DNA of 63,603 bases, filler included, from Reclinomonas americana ATCC 50394 (GCA_048213135.1; 3 parts of 2 records of this genome joined end to end with filler, not necessarily neighbours in it); one strand, 5' to 3'; shown: positions 12,667 through 26,287, counted from the first letter of the whole stretch. Numbers and translations: made by a program. Notes: generated by a model from the letters alone, not told the origin.

Positions 12667-14690
12667 ATGTCGTGGACTCGGTCACTCGACGACTGCCTTT
12701 TCGACGGTGATGTCACCCGCGTCGTCGACTTCATCGTCGTCCGTCGCGTCGGCGACCACGGGCGTGACCACTGCGACAGCGACCTATCAGCGTGCCAGTG
12801 TGCGAAGGAGGCGCAACCGATCCATCAAGTCTCTCAAGAGCAATCCGCGCGCAGCAATGTACGCAGCGGGGAACGTGTCAGAGGCCACTGCGGTGTGCGG
12901 GACGCGAGCAAGTGTGTGCNNNNNNNNNNNNNNNNNNNNNNNNNNNNNNNNNNNNNNNNNNNNNNNNNNNNNNNNNNNNNNNNNNNNNNNNNNNNNNNNN
13001 NNNNNNNNNNNNNNNNNNNNNNNNNNNNNNNNNNNNNNNNNNNNNNNNNNNNNNNNNNNNNNNNNNNNNNNNNNNNNNNNNNNNNNNNNNNNNNNNNNNN
13101 NNNNNNNNNNNNNNNNNNNNNNNNNNNNNNNNNNNNNNNNNNNNNNNNNNNNNNNNNNNNNNNNNNNNNNNNNNNNNNNNNNNNNNNNNNNNNNNNNNNN
13201 NNNNNNNNNNNGCGAGTGCAGTGGGCTCGAGGTACGCACACCCACAATTGCCGTTTGTTCGGATTCCGGCGAGAGAGTGAGAGAGTGACCTATTCGTTTG
13301 CAGCACCACGGAGGCGTGGATGACGGAGCTTGCGCGCATGTCGGATGATCCAGAGTCGGTGGATGCGCTGTCGTCTCCGCCGACGCAGTTGGATGGCATT
13401 CCATCGCAGGGTGTGGATACTGTCAAGCACTTGCCGGCGGTGGTCACGAGCGGAGAGGGTGGCGGCATGCCGCCACCACCGCCGCAGCTGGCGGCGCTGG
13501 CGATGGAGGCGAGTGCGGAGCAGCTGCCGTTTACGGTGATTGCGCATATGGAGTGGAACGATGATCATTTGACGAGGGAGGAGAGTCACAAGGGTGGTGT
13601 CAAGTACGGCAGGGCGAGCTTGCGATCGCGACGCAGTTCGCACGGGTCGCGACGCGCCAGCTGTGCAGTTCTCGACTCGGCACGCATGTCTTCTGCGTGC
13701 TCCATTCCCACCCTGGGCTGCAGCAGCGTAGGAACGGGCACACCGTCGGCCTATGTCGATGAGATGGACGACGACAACAGCGGCGGTGGCGTCACTGCCG
13801 GCGACACCGACGACAATGTGCACGGCAACGACAACAACAGTGACGGGCATCTCAGCGGCGCACCCACACTAACAACGACACCGCCGGCGCTGGCGACGGC
13901 GACTGGAGCAGTGATAGATGGCGAGATTGCCGAGGTTCCGGTGGCGGCGTGTGCCAACAGTTGCGTGCCGTCCTTTGCTTGTGAGATTCATGTGGCATTG
14001 CATGCGGCGTACTCACACGCCGCTCTTCACACTCNNNNNNNNNNNNNNNNNNNNNNNNNNNNNNNNNNNNNNNNNNNNNNNNNNNNNNNNNNNNNNNNNN
14101 NAGCAGAGGCACCAATTGTGCAACACGAAGCGTGGCTGCTGAATCAGTCGGCTCCGGCACCGCGTCTGAATTTGCTCGCCGAGGACATGACTGGCAGCGA
14201 GTATCGCGTGCGCATGGAGATGACGACAGTGTGGAACGGCCATGCCGCAACTCCTGCCGTCGTGGCTGCCGCCGCAACAACAACCGCGGCAGCCGCGGCA
14301 GTGAAAACCGCAGCAGCACCGCCCGCTGTTGCTGGCACCACTGGCAGTCGAGTGCAGCCGCTGCTGAGCTCTTCGTGGCTGCGCATGCTCGGCAACGATG
14401 TGCTGACGGAGGAGGAGGAGGATTTAGAAGACAGCCAGGATGAGATATCGTCAATCGGCACCGTGCAACAGCTACTGCAGCAGCGCAAATCAGGCAGCGT
14501 GCGGAGCGCGCGCGCGGTCAATCGCAGCAACGCCAGCATGCGACCACGGCATCAGAGTCAAACTCTGGCTCCGGTCGCCAACAACTTTGACGATGACGAT
14601 GATGACGAGGAGGAGGACGAGGACGAGGAGAATGACGGTGCTGATGCTGATCGCAGCAGTGCGGCCGACAAGGAGAGCGAAAGTGATGAT

Positions 14691-14722
<32 letters not shown>

Positions 14723-15623
14723 CGACGACGTTGTCAAGACCACGAAGAAGGCGGAGCGCGAGGAGGCAGCGGCAAGGGCGAAAGCTGCTAGCGGCACTGC
14801 GTTTCCAATTGTCGTGCGTCGGCGAAAGCGACAGCGGCAACAACAGCAGCAAGAAGAACAACAACAGCAAAAGCAGCAAGAGCAGGATTTGGTGTGCGCA
14901 GATGTACCGCAATTACTGGAGCCGACGGCGTCGGATGGCCTGGCCAGTGTGCTGCGTGTCGAGGCGCCGCGTCTCACCACCTCGGCTGCATCGGTGGAAT
15001 TTACTGCAACAACCGAACCGCTGCGTGCGCTGCCGTGGCGCCCACTGCCACACACGCAGCTGTCGCCACTTGTGGGTGACAATGACGACGATGACGACGA
15101 CAAGGAGGAGGAGGACGAGGACGGGGTTGGTGACGACGATGATCGTGGCTACGGCAGTGCCGCTGGCCCACGGCGATCGTCGTTGAGACCAGCGCGAAGG
15201 AGCATGGATCTGAGTGCGCAAGGACTGAGTTGCCAGATGGAGACCACCGTTCGCCGCTACTCCATGTCAGCGTCGGTGACCACTGGATCGCGACCTCCAC
15301 TGCAATCGGCTCTCGTGCTCGGACCAGCGGCGGCGCCGCGACAGAGTGCTGTGATTGTCGGCGACGACCGAATGTCCACATCCTCGTCGCCGCAGCTGCA
15401 GGAACGGAATCGCACCAAGTCGCGCAAGTCGGTATCGTTTGCCGGCGAAGCCGCACAGGAGCTGGCGACGCGAGTGGTTCGCGCGCGAGCTGACGCGCCG
15501 CCGCCGCCGTCAGAGTCGCCACCACCAGAGGAACTAATTGAGTGTCAACCACCTCTGCAACTGGTGATCGGGGGCGACAACGAGATGAGAGACGAAGGAG
15601 CGAAGCAATGCTGCGAGGAATGA
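12667..15623 (+). CDS. Hypothetical low-complexity acidic/Gln-rich protein
   Basis: Long open exons 13304-15623 with D/E tracts, polyQ and RKSVSF; 5' exons and start uncertain. Confidence 0.55.
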
Positions 15624-15705
15624 ATATGGTGAATAATGTGATCATGAGACAAAGCACCAAAAAAAGAGAAGATAGAGAGAAGAGGTGTGCAGCGGTGTTC
15701 GATAA

Positions 15706-16011
15706 TCACACGATAGTACACTTGCAACCGGTGCTGGCCGGTGCATTCTGACTACCGCTGCTGCCGCTCTTTGGTGGCATGGTGTACACGAGAACCAGCA
15801 CAGAGCCATCGGCGAGGTTGCACTCGCCCAGCGTCTTGTTGTCCTCGACGACCGTTGCGCGATCGGGATCGGTGGGGAGCATGAGGCGTTGCGTCTCGGC
15901 CGCGATGCCCTCCTGTGCGGCGATCTTGTCCTTCACTGCTCTCACCGTGTCGGTGGCCTCCACCTCCAGGTTGAAAGTGCGACCGTTGAGGAGCTTGATG
16001 ACGATGCGCAT
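15706..16011 (-). CDS. Ubiquitin-like protein (101 aa, intronless) ending in CaaX motif CKCTIV
   Basis: MRIVIKLLNGRTFNLEVEATDTVRAVKDKIAAQEGIAAETQRLM...EDNKTLGECNLADGSVLVLV aligns with ubiquitin; no C-terminal GG; G/S linker then GCKCTIV*. Confidence 0.85.
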   Translation of the reverse strand: MRIVIKLLNGRTFNLEVEATDTVRAVKDKIAAQEGIAAETQRLMLPTDPDRATVVEDNKTLGECNLADGSVLVLVYTMPPKSGSSGSQNAPASTGCKCTIV

Positions 16012-16312
16012 GGCGATCGCGCGAGGAAGCGAACAATACCGATATCGAAGAAAAGAGGACGAGGACAAGCACGGCGAGCGTGTGACGCGGAGGTGAGGAC
16101 TCTCTGTATTGAGGATTATTGCTGTGCAAGAATTAGGTGGCGTCAGGCGAACGTCAAGACCACTCGCCGGAGGAATCGAAGTTTAACATTAATTCACGTT
16201 AGGATCCGGAACGATATCGATCTTGCACCACCGCAGCAACATGATTTATTATATTTACACCAGTCATTGTAGCGGCACCACATTCTCTCACAGACTCGCA
16301 CAGCGATATCGA

Positions 16313-17552
16313 TCAGTAAAAATCTGGCGAGCTCGCCGGCCACTCTAAACAACTGTGGACGCCAAACAAATCCTCCGCCATGTCGTCAAACAACACTGAC
16401 GCGCAAGGCAACTCGAACGGCTGATGCGCCTGCGCAAAGAGAGTTGCTCTCTCAACATCGCCGCGAGCGGGGGATGGCACAGTCGGTGGGCGCAGTGGTG
16501 GCGGTGGGGGTGGGGAGTACAAGCCGGCATGCACGTGCAAAATGTGGGGCGGCAAAGGCAGTGGCGGCACCAAAGCGATGTCACTCTCACTGAACGGCTC
16601 CGAAGAAGTCTGTGCATACGCGGACGCAGTCGACAGGCCAGCTGCAGGCGCCGGTCCGTTGCCAAACGACAGAGGAGAGGGCACTGACTAAAGCTCTCTG
16701 ACTCCCGAATGGCGACGAGGCCGACACACTGTGACTGCTGTCGACCATGTCTTGCGCGTGCACGGCCGTGGGAGGCGATGGTGGTGCGGGAGATGAGGGT
16801 GCTGGTGATGAAGAGCTTGAGGATCGATATCCGGACGGTGACGAGGAAAAATCAANNNNNNNNNNNNNNNNNNNNTATCTCGATCGCCGGCGCTGAATGT
16901 GGTGGTGGTGGTGGAGGACGGTGACAGTGCGGCTGCAGCTCGCGAACGCCCTGCTGTGGCACTCTCAAACTGGAGGACCTCGTCCTCGAGGTCTCTGCCG
17001 AGAGGCAGCGCTCGGAAGCGGCAGTTGATGCTCTCGATGGCCACTCTGCGGAACTCGGCAATGTCGGCTCTGGTGAGGCCAGGAATGGCGCGCAGCAGTA
17101 GGGTGGGCAGACGAGCGAAGCGCAGGCGACGACCACCGCCACCGTGCCGATCGGAGCGCACAAAGCGAGCGGCAAACCACGAGCGCGCTTGNNNNNNNNN
17201 NNNNNNNNNNNNNNNNNNNTTCCACACGCAGTGGGTTCGGAATGCCGGATGCCACACGACGGCGTTGTCCGCCTCGTCGTTGTGGCTGCTCCAGCGGTGC
17301 AGGCTCGTCCACCATCTCCGCTGTTGGTGGGAATGATGGTAATGATGGCAGTGGTGGTGGTGGTGGTGGTGGTGGAAGCAGAAGCGGGGCTGGTGGTGGC
17401 GGTTGCGGAGATGCAGGTGGAAATGTGGGCGGCACAAATGGCCACGTCGAGAAGTAGATGAGCGCGGTGGTGGGAGTGACTGGTGTACGCGGATCGAGCT
17501 CGGGGTCGTCGTGACTGCCGTCGGGGTCCACGTGGTTCGGCGATCCAGACAT
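16313..17552 (-). CDS. Hypothetical Pro/Ser-rich protein
   Basis: Protein-like frames join across two small gaps (RVE|QARSWF, RD|IDFSSS); one unresolved frame change near 16690. Confidence 0.45.
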
Positions 17553-18182
17553 GAGGTAAACTGGCTTGTCTCTGCTCCAAGAAAGAGGGGAAATGAAAGA
17601 GTACAATAGATTGGTGGGCCCTCAAATATTTATAGTTCGTCGTGCTTCGAACACGAACGCCACAGAGCTGCATGCGCTCGCTGCCGTGGTGCCACACACA
17701 GGAGGACCCTATAGGCAGCGAGAGAAGCAAGAGAGTGCCTGTGGATCGCTGAGTGTGTGTACTTGTCGGGTTTGTCTAATACGACATACCGGTCAATGTG
17801 CAAGTTGATTTTGACAGGCGTGTGCGGGTCGCCAGCCGACTCCGCCACGCCACGCCGAATCCGATTTGGAGTGCCTCGGGAGTCTCATCTCCCATTGTCT
17901 CCTCCTTCCACCCTCTGAGAGCGCAGCGGGTACACACAGTACAACAACATTGGATACTGCCGTCATTTCGAACATGCATTTCAATTATTGTCATGCATCA
18001 AGTTTCATCGACCGCAGGGCACCCGTAGATGCCAGGGACTAGGCAGCACTCACTAGAAGAGGTTACGACAGAGTTGCTGGAGGAGTGGTGGAACCTGTCG
18101 TGACAGGCTTCTTCATCTTCAGAATATCAGAAATTGCTGTTCAAATTTGACCTCATCTCCCACACACACGCACGCTTTGCCA

Positions 18183-19320
18183 TCACTCACTGCCCGTCAG
18201 TCGCTCGAAAAGCATGTCAACGGCAAGCTCGTCAAACGACAAGCCGCCGCGCATGAACCCGGACTTTGGAGGGGCGCCTCGCGCTCTCTCCACATTCTCT
18301 TCGTCATCGTCACTTGCGTACTCGATGGACTGTGCGCGCGCAGCACCGATGAGCAGCGAAACCCGCGCAACACAGCACACACACATGCACAGTGTGTCAC
18401 ACCTCCCAGTCGAGACCCGGTGCCATGTCGTGTGTCGTCGTTGGCGCTGCAGGCAATTGCAACACGTGCACATCGCTGTAGAGAATGGTGTCATCGCTTT
18501 CGAAGCGCAGTCGGCTGTCGTCATCCTCAGTCACTTCCTCTATGGTCTCCTCTTCCTCCAGACCCTCCGCCTCACGCCTGGCCTCCTCCGCTCTTGGTGG
18601 CGACTGTCGAGTGGCCATCATCCGCTCGTCAAAGATGCACTCGGACGAGTTGTCGCCGTCAACGCGATCAGCCTTCGGAAGCTCCACTCTCTGCGAGCAG
18701 TGTGTGGTGAGTAACATACAATCATGTGGTAGTGGTGGCCGTGGAAACGGTGCCGACCTGGCCGCTGTGACAGCGTGCCTGCCGTGGATCCACGTCATGC
18801 GCCGTCTCGTGCGCGTCGTCGTGTTCTGCAACCACCTCCAGCTGCAATCGTGGTCTGTGAAACATGCGAGTGAGCTGCTCGTGCACCATGCACACTAGCG
18901 ACACCCCTCTTGCTCTTCCCCGCACTCACGTGATCACGGCCGACCGCACACGATGGCCATGAATGCGGATACGACGCGCGCCTTCCTGATCTTCCACACG
19001 ACTTTCATCTCTCTCCCCCTTCACCCGGCCATGGCCACCTGTGTGGTGAAGGTCCACCAGAGCGATTGCCGCCTCTTGTTCCTCCACACCGCCACTGCCA
19101 GTGACGGTGGTGAGCCCAGTTGTAGTGGCAGGCGAACACGACCAAAGTGCCAGTTTTTTTCACATCACTCACCGCACAACTGCGTTCCCCTTGCTGCCAC
19201 TCGCGCTCCTTGCAGCAGTGGGCTTGCCCTCTGCCCGCTGAGCACCAGCGCCCTTGCGCGCTGCTGGTCGTCGAGATCCAGGTCGCGTTCTCGCTCGCTG
19301 ACTCTTCTCAAGCAGCTCAT
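18183..19320 (-). CDS. Hypothetical acidic protein, ~5 exons
   Basis: Phase-consistent GT-AG exon chain MSCLRRV...QLC|GGHGRV...SAVIT|PRLQLEV...SGQ|RVELPK...LYSD|SIEYAS...TGSE*. Confidence 0.5.
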
Positions 19321-19512
19321 GCACCGGAAAATCAAACGGATCACCCGACACTGCTGCTCCCTGTCGCACCACACCAGTGCGTGGCTGCACTTTGCCTCGG
19401 AAAAGTGCGCGTGCTCTCTGCATCAACGAACTTCAATTGCACTGGCCAATCGTTTTGCGGGAAGCGAGCGCAGCGAGCACTGGCCAGTTTGTGCACACAC
19501 TCTCTCTTCCAC

Positions 19513-22500
19513 ATGATTGCCGCGATCGGCTGGGTGCCCAAGGGTCGCGCCAAGGTTCGCTCCACCCTTCCATCACCCGCGCTTGATTGGCGCTCACGTG
19601 CATTGTGTAATGCAGGAGGTACCCGACAAGTATGAACCCACAGAGGAGGATGTGAAGAAGTGGATGGTGGAGGCTGGGTTGCGTCACACACACACACACT
19701 CTCTCTCTCGTCACGCAACAATGCACGCACATGTGAGCAGCCGCTGATTGGCTCGTGTTCTCTCTGTGTGTGTGTGTGCATGTGCATCTGCACATGCGCA
19801 GCCTGGACCCCGACGCCGAGCCCCCCGAGGAAGGCAGCGCCTCTGGCATGCACGGCGGTGATGCAGATCACGATGGTGAGGATGATGACGAAGCTGGTGA
19901 CGATGATGATGATGATGGCGAGGTGCGAACGGCTGCCAGGGCCGCAGCTGCACTGGGACGCGAAGGTGTGTGTGTGCGAGAGAGTGTGCGTGTGTGTGCG
20001 TGTGTTGCTGACAACGGTGCTTGCAGCGGGCGATAGCGATGATGAGGTGAATCGAGTGTTTCACATGGACGAGTACGACGATGAGCCGGAGCGCGATCCA
20101 ATTACCATGATCGCCTCCTCTGCGTCGTCGCTCTACTATCAGTCGAATGCCGAGGATCCGTACTTGCAGGACGATGATGGCGAGGTGCGGCGTGGAGATG
20201 CCGACGGGTTGTCTTTCTCTGTGGACNNNNNNNNNNNNNNNNNNNNNNNNNNNNNNNNNNNNNNNNNNNNNNNNNNNNNNNNNNNNNNNNNNNNNNNNNN
20301 NNNNNNNNNNNNNNNNNNNNNNNNNNNNNNNNNNNNNNNNNNNNNNNNNNNNNNNNNNNNNNNNNNNNNNNNNNNNNNNNNNNNNNNNNNNNNNNNNNNN
20401 NNNNNNNNNNNNNNNNNNNNNNNNNNTCTCACACGCGCGTATTATTGCTGGTTGCAGTCGGACGAGGAGATTCAAGACTACATGGTGCGCGCCGATGATA
20501 TCATGATTCTGGCGGCGAAGCACGAGGAGGATGTGAGCAGTCTGGATGTGTACATTTACGAGGAGGCGGAGAAGAACGTTTACGTGCATCACGATCTGCT
20601 GCTGCCGGCCATTCCGCTGTCGATGGCGTGGATGAATGTGTGGGTCGGCGCGAATCCGGCGGGCGTGGAGGAGCGGCCACTGGCCGGCAACTTTGTGGCC
20701 ATCGGCACCTTCATGCCGGGCATTGAGATTTGGAACTTGGATGTGTTGGATACACCAGAGCCGGCGGCGGTGCTGGGCGGTGAGGTGCCGGCGGATCCAT
20801 TGGCGGCCGAGTCTGCTGCGGCGGCGCTGGCCGGAGCCAGCCGCGCCTCCAAGAAGAAGGAGAAGAAGAAGCAGAAGAAGCAAAAGAAGCGTGCACCGCA
20901 GCTCATGGAGGGCAGCCACACCGACGCCGTCATGTCGCTCAGCTGGAACTCGAACTACCGACACTTGCTGGCCAGCGGCGGCGCGGATTGTGTNNNNNNN
21001 NNNNNNNNNNNNNNNNNNNNNNNNNNNNNNNNNNNNNNNNNNNNNNNNNNNNNNNNNNNNNNNNNNNNNNNNNNNNNNNNNNNNNNNNNNNNNNNNNNNN
21101 NNNNNNNNNNNNNNNNNNNNNNNNNNNNNNNNNNNNNNNNNNNNNNNNNNNNNNNNNNNNNNNNNNNNNNNNNNNNNNNNNNNNNNNNNNNNNNNNNNNN
21201 NNNNNNNNNNNNNNNNNNNNNNNNNNNNNNNNNNNNNNNNNNNNNNNNNNNNNNNNNNNNNNNNNNNNNNNNNNNNNNNNNNNNNNNNNNNNNNNNNNNN
21301 NNNNNNNNNNNNNNNNNNNNNNNNNNNNNNNNNNNNNNNNNNNNNNNNNNNNNNNNNNNNNNNNNNNNNNNNNNNNNNNNNNNNNNNNNNNNNNNNNNNN
21401 NNNNNNNNNNNNNNNNNNNNNNNNNNNNNNNNNNNNNNNNNNNNNNNNNNNNNNNNNNNNNNNNNNNNNNNNNNNNNNNNNNNNNNNNNNNNNNNNNNNN
21501 NNNNNNNNNNNNNNNNNNNNNNNNNNNNNNNNNNNNNNNNNNNNNNNNNNNNNNNNNNNNNNNNNNNNNNNNNNNNNNNNNNNNNNNNNNNNNNNNNNNN
21601 NNNNNNNNNNNNNNNNNNNNNNNNNNNNNNNNNNNNNNNNNNNNNNNNNNNNNNNNNNNNNNNNNNNNNNNNNNNNNNNNNNNNNNNNNNNNNNNNNNNN
21701 GGCAAAGGTAGGTGACACATTCTCCCTCCTCGCGCGCTCTCTCTCTCGCTCTTGTGCACCCTGTCTGACGTGTGCGCGATGCAGGTGTGGGACGTGGAGC
21801 GACTGGTGTGCGGTGTCACAATGTCGCACCACACCGACAAGGTGGTGTCGGTGTGCTGGAATCCGGCCGAGGCCAACATTCTCTTGACAGGCGGCTACGA
21901 TCGACGTGTGTGTGTGCTGGATCCGCGATCTGTTGCGTCTCTGTTTCTTGTGTGTTTCAGTGGTGTGTCGCTGCTGACACGGGATGCACAGCCCGACGCA
22001 TACGCCACATGGGAGACGCCGTCCGACGTGGAAGATGTGCAGTGGAATCCACATCACGCGGAGCAGTTTTCAGTGGCCACCGAGCTTGGTCAGGTGCACG
22101 CGTTCGACGCACGGCGGCCAGGGCAGTCACTGTACACGATTTCCGCACACGATTCGGCTGTGAGGTGTGTGTGTGTGTGTGTTTCGGATGTAGCGTCGAC
22201 GGAGACTGTGACTCACCTTTTGTTTCGGTACATCGCAGCTCGATTGCCTTTAGTTCTCTGGTACCGGATCTCATGTGCACAGTCGGCAACGACGGCATGC
22301 TCAAGTTGTGGGATCTGGCAAACAATTCACCGTCGTGCCTGTATACCCGAAACATGGACATGGTGCGATTGTGTGCTCGACGCAGCACTCCTCCCCCCCC
22401 TTTTTCTGACACTCGCACGTGCAGGGTGCCATTTTCACTGTCTCCTTCTGCCCCGATTCACCATTCACCGTGGCCGTCGGCGGCGCCACAGGCACAGTTG

Positions 22501-22807
22501 CGCTGATCGTATCTCACTGCGCCTGACTTGTGAACTCACCACGCGCACAGCTGACGGTGTGGAACACACTCGACATGAACGTCATTCGCAGCCGATACCG
22601 TACCTACATCACCGAGGACATGGTCTGCCACATGCCTGTGTCTCACTGTGTTTGCTTGCTCCTGCTGACCGTCGTCCCACACAGCTTCGCCTGGCACCGA
22701 AAGGCAAGAGCAGCACCATTTCTGTCTCCACACGTCTGGTCGGCGACGGCGACGAGGACGAGGAGGAGAGAGGCCGCGGTGGTGGCAACGACGACGACAT
22801 GGAATAA
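19513..22807 (+). CDS. PWP1: Periodic tryptophan protein 1 (WD40)
   Basis: MIAAIGWVPKGRAK start; SSLDVYIYEE..NVYVHHDLLLPAIPL, NFVAIGTFMPGIEIWNLDVLD, SHTDAVMSLSWN, DVEDVQWNPH. Confidence 0.92.
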
Positions 22808-22856
22808 CGACGTTTTCGTAGCGAATGAAGACAGACACAACGTAATCTTACTTTTT

Positions 22857-23162
22857 TCACTGCCGATCTGCGCAGCAGCGGGTGAGCACCACAACAACGC
22901 ACGACCGCAACAGCAAACACAAGACGCAACAACTAAAGGCCACACCAAAGCCGAGCTGTACAATCACTGGCACACTCTTCATGACGCTGACGATCTTCTG
23001 CCCGTCCCTGCGACGGAGCAGCACTGCGGGGATGCGAACATCCACCCCGACTCCCCCATCATCCGACATGACAAACACGTCGTCGTCGTTGGTGTTGAGC
23101 AGCACAACGCCCACGGCACCGGCGTTCTGCGCGTGTCGGATCTTGAACACAAAGCTGCACTC
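22857..23162 (-). CDS. PA (protease-associated) domain protein, 3' fragment
   Basis: ECSFVFKIRHAQNAGAVGVVLLN...IPAVLL..DG PA-domain signature; 5' part lost in gap. Confidence 0.75.
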   Translation of the reverse strand, partial: ECSFVFKIRHAQNAGAVGVVLLNTNDDDVFVMSDDGGVGVDVRIPAVLLRRRDGQKIVSVMKSVPVIVQLGFGVAFSCCVLCLLLRSCVVVVLTRCCADRQ

Positions 23163-23197
23163 CTGTGGCAGAGTCAGCGTGAGGGAGGAAGGGAGGA

Positions 23198-23314
<117 letters not shown>

Positions 23315-23987
23315 NNNNNNNNNNNNNNNNNNNNNNNNNNNNNNNNNNNNNNNNNNNNNNNNNNNNNNNNNNNNNNNNNNNNNNNNNNNNNNNNNNNNNN
23401 NNNNNNNNNNNNNNNNNNNNNNNNNNNNNNNNNNNNNNNNNNNNNNNNNNNNNNNNNNNNNNNNNNNNNNNNNNNNNNNNNNNNNNNNNNNNNNNNNNNN
23501 NNNNNNNNNNNNNNNNNNNNNNNNNNNNNNNNNNNNNNNNNNNNNNNNNNNNNNNNNNNNNNNNNNNNNNNNNNNNNNNNNNNNNNNNNNNNNNNNNNNN
23601 NNNNNNNNNNNNNNNNNNNNNNNNNNNNNNNNNNNNNNNNNNNNNNNNNNNNNNNNNNNNNNNNNNNNNNNNNNNNNNNNNNNNNNNNNNNNNNNNNNNN
23701 NNNNNNNNNNNNNNNNNNNNNNNNNNNNNNNNNNNNNNNNNNNNNNNNNNNNNNNNNNNNNNNNNNNNNNNNNNNNNNNNNNNNNNNNNNNNNNNNNNNN
23801 NNNNNNNNNNNNNNNNNNNNNNNNNNNNNNNNNNNNNNNNNNNNNNNNNNNNNNNNNNNNNNNNNNNNNNNNNNNNNNNNNNNNNNNNNNNNNNNNNNNN
23901 NNNNNNNNNNGTCTCCAAGACGAGTTTCGTCGGTCCTTTTTCGCTCTGCGCTCATCTTCTCTCCTCTCTCACTCCCGTCGGCGACAG

Positions 23988-24529
23988 GCTACGCCTTCTA
24001 CTGGCTCTTCGACAACATTAGCATCCTGGCTGAGTTCTTCTCTCGGGAGCCAGTGCATGCTGCTCGCTTGTCTCGGGCGGCTGCGCTGGCCTGGCTGTGT
24101 GGCTTGCTGTCGCAGTTGGTGTTGGATGTGCGCGACTTGTACTATCTGGATCATCCGGAGCAGAGTCCGTCGGCGGCGCGCTCACGTCTGCTGCACGCTC
24201 GCCACTCGGAACTGTGGTTGAGTGTGATCAAGACACTCGGCGACACGACAGCCGCCGTCAACGCGGTCGGTCTGCCGGAGCTCATTGGCAGTGAGCCACT
24301 CTCCGACGGTCTGGTGGGCACGGCGGGCCTGGTGTCGGCCGTGCTCACCGTGCATCGACTGTGGCGCGCTCACATGGAGAAGCGACGACGACGGGCGCTC
24401 TTTGACAACGACGACGACGAGGAGGAGGACGTGGACGACGCAGCGCCGTTCACTACTGCTTCCACAACTACCGCCACAAGTATCGATCATGATCCACCGA
24501 CATCACCGCTGCCGCCAGCCGCTCCATGA
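23988..24529 (+). CDS. PEX11: Peroxisomal biogenesis factor 11 family, 3' part
   Basis: YAFYWLFDNISIL, AWLCGLL, LSVIKTLGD, LSDGLVGTAGLVSAVL..LW. Confidence 0.75.
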
Positions 24530-26287
24530 TGATCACTGCCCGGCGCTCCGAAATGGAAGCGTGCCGGCGCGGCTACCGGCGCCCACCCGCTGCTGAGAAC
24601 AGTGTTGGGGTTGACACCTGCGTGCAACACGGCCGCGGGTGGATGTGACGGAGGCGGAGGCAAGTCCTCGAACAGGTCCTCGTCTTGCTGCGCCGGCCGC
24701 CGTGCACGAGAACGCAATGAGACGAGGTGTCACACGCAATGTGATCGCAAACGTGTGGCTCTCGCACGCAACTTCCTTGTAAAAGAACGTGTCCAGCAAG
24801 TACGACGAAAACTGACGAAGGGCATCAATGGGAAGATCCTGCAGGCGCTCCAGCGCATCCTGGCCACCCAACTCGGCCACCACTTGCGCGTGCTGCGTGG
24901 AGAATGCAGTCAACAACAACACCACCACCAACATGGACTGGTGGTAGCGCACCGAATCATCGAGCTGCATGTAGAACTGCAAGAAGCGCATTGCCATTTC
25001 CTGCACGCTCGGGCGCGGTGCTGTCACCAATTCCACATATCGTCGCACCACTTCGTGGGAGATGATGGCCGCCGCGTGCCGACCATCGCTCACGATGTTG
25101 GCCACGACGTAGGCCGCCTGTGGAGAGGTGCATAAGTGGGGAAGGCGAGTGACTCTGCACATGGAGCAGCTGGAGGCCACACACACACCTCCATTTTGAT
25201 TTCGAGTTCCGGCGCACTCAGATGCTCGAGAATAATGTCGAGAACGCCTCCGCCGAGGACGGCATCCACGTGGTGTGGCTCACTGGCTGCCACGTTACTG
25301 ATCACCCACAGTGCCTCCCTCACCACCGTTCTGATACGCAGATTCGTGCGTGTGTGTCAGCCAAGCGGCAGCATGCGCGGGAAAAGAAGCTGGAAACTTT
25401 CGCACACACACCTCGTGCCTTGCACCTCGCGACTCAGCGACAAGGCGTGCATCAGTGCCGGGAAGAGTTCAGCAGCGTGCAATAGCAGCGCTTCGACCAA
25501 CTCCGACGGCCCATTGGCAATGTTGCCGAGCGATCGTAATGCTCCCATCACCGCTTCGCGGTCGTCGGCACCAATGTTGCGAATCTGCCGCACACGTGCG
25601 AGTGAGCCGGTGACCCTGTGGGGAGGAAAGAGGACCATTACGACGACGTAACCAGCGGTTGCACACACTCGCACTCCACCACGGCCGCCTTGTACATGGG
25701 ACATGCCGCGAGGTACGCCACCAGCCAGCACACTTCACGAATCACCTCCAGATTCTGCCAGTTGGCGAAGTGAGACGGTGTTGCTCGTTGCGGTGGCGAA
25801 CGGAACGCAACGTCTTTCCACAACAGTCGCGGCAGCTTCGGCAGCAGCCCTGCATCGACCGCCTGTCGTGCCACCTCATCACGGTTCTCGCCATGCATCA
25901 GCATCGTCAGCGCCCACGCCCCCACGGCTTGCGTCGATTGTACCTGTGTCGCGAGGTTGGTGAATCGGAAGCAGCACTTCAACAAGTGTGTGGCGCACGC
26001 AACTGGTGAGCTCAGCACGTGCACCAGACCAGGCACCACACCCTGCGCAATCAGCGCCTTGCGCATCTCGTCCTCACCACCGGCCAAGTTGCCGACCACG
26101 AATGCACACTGCTCTTGCATATCCTGCTCCACACCACACAAATCATCTCAGCGGCGACAGCAATCGTGCACAGACAACTGCACAACTGCACAACACGCAA
26201 CACTGCTGCCGCCACTCAGGAACTGAATCACGTGCGGCGCAAGCTCCATCACCGCCACGGCATGCTCGTGCGATCCACTGGCCACAT
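24487..26287 (-). CDS. Importin-alpha-like ARM-repeat protein (TMCO6-like), 5' end missing
   Basis: EQCAFVVGNLAG, AWAL, REVCWLVAYL, ALRSLGNIA, REALWVISNVAA, IKMEAAYVVANI, YLLDTFF and late FHF motif. Confidence 0.8.

Noticed and set aside
18029..18110. Tc1/mariner-like peptide (LEEVTTELLEEWWNL) and overlapping small hairpins (ACGACAG...CTGTCGT)
   Set aside because: Too short, wrong spacing to the upstream NPI motif, and no terminal inverted repeats or ncRNA boxes recognised.
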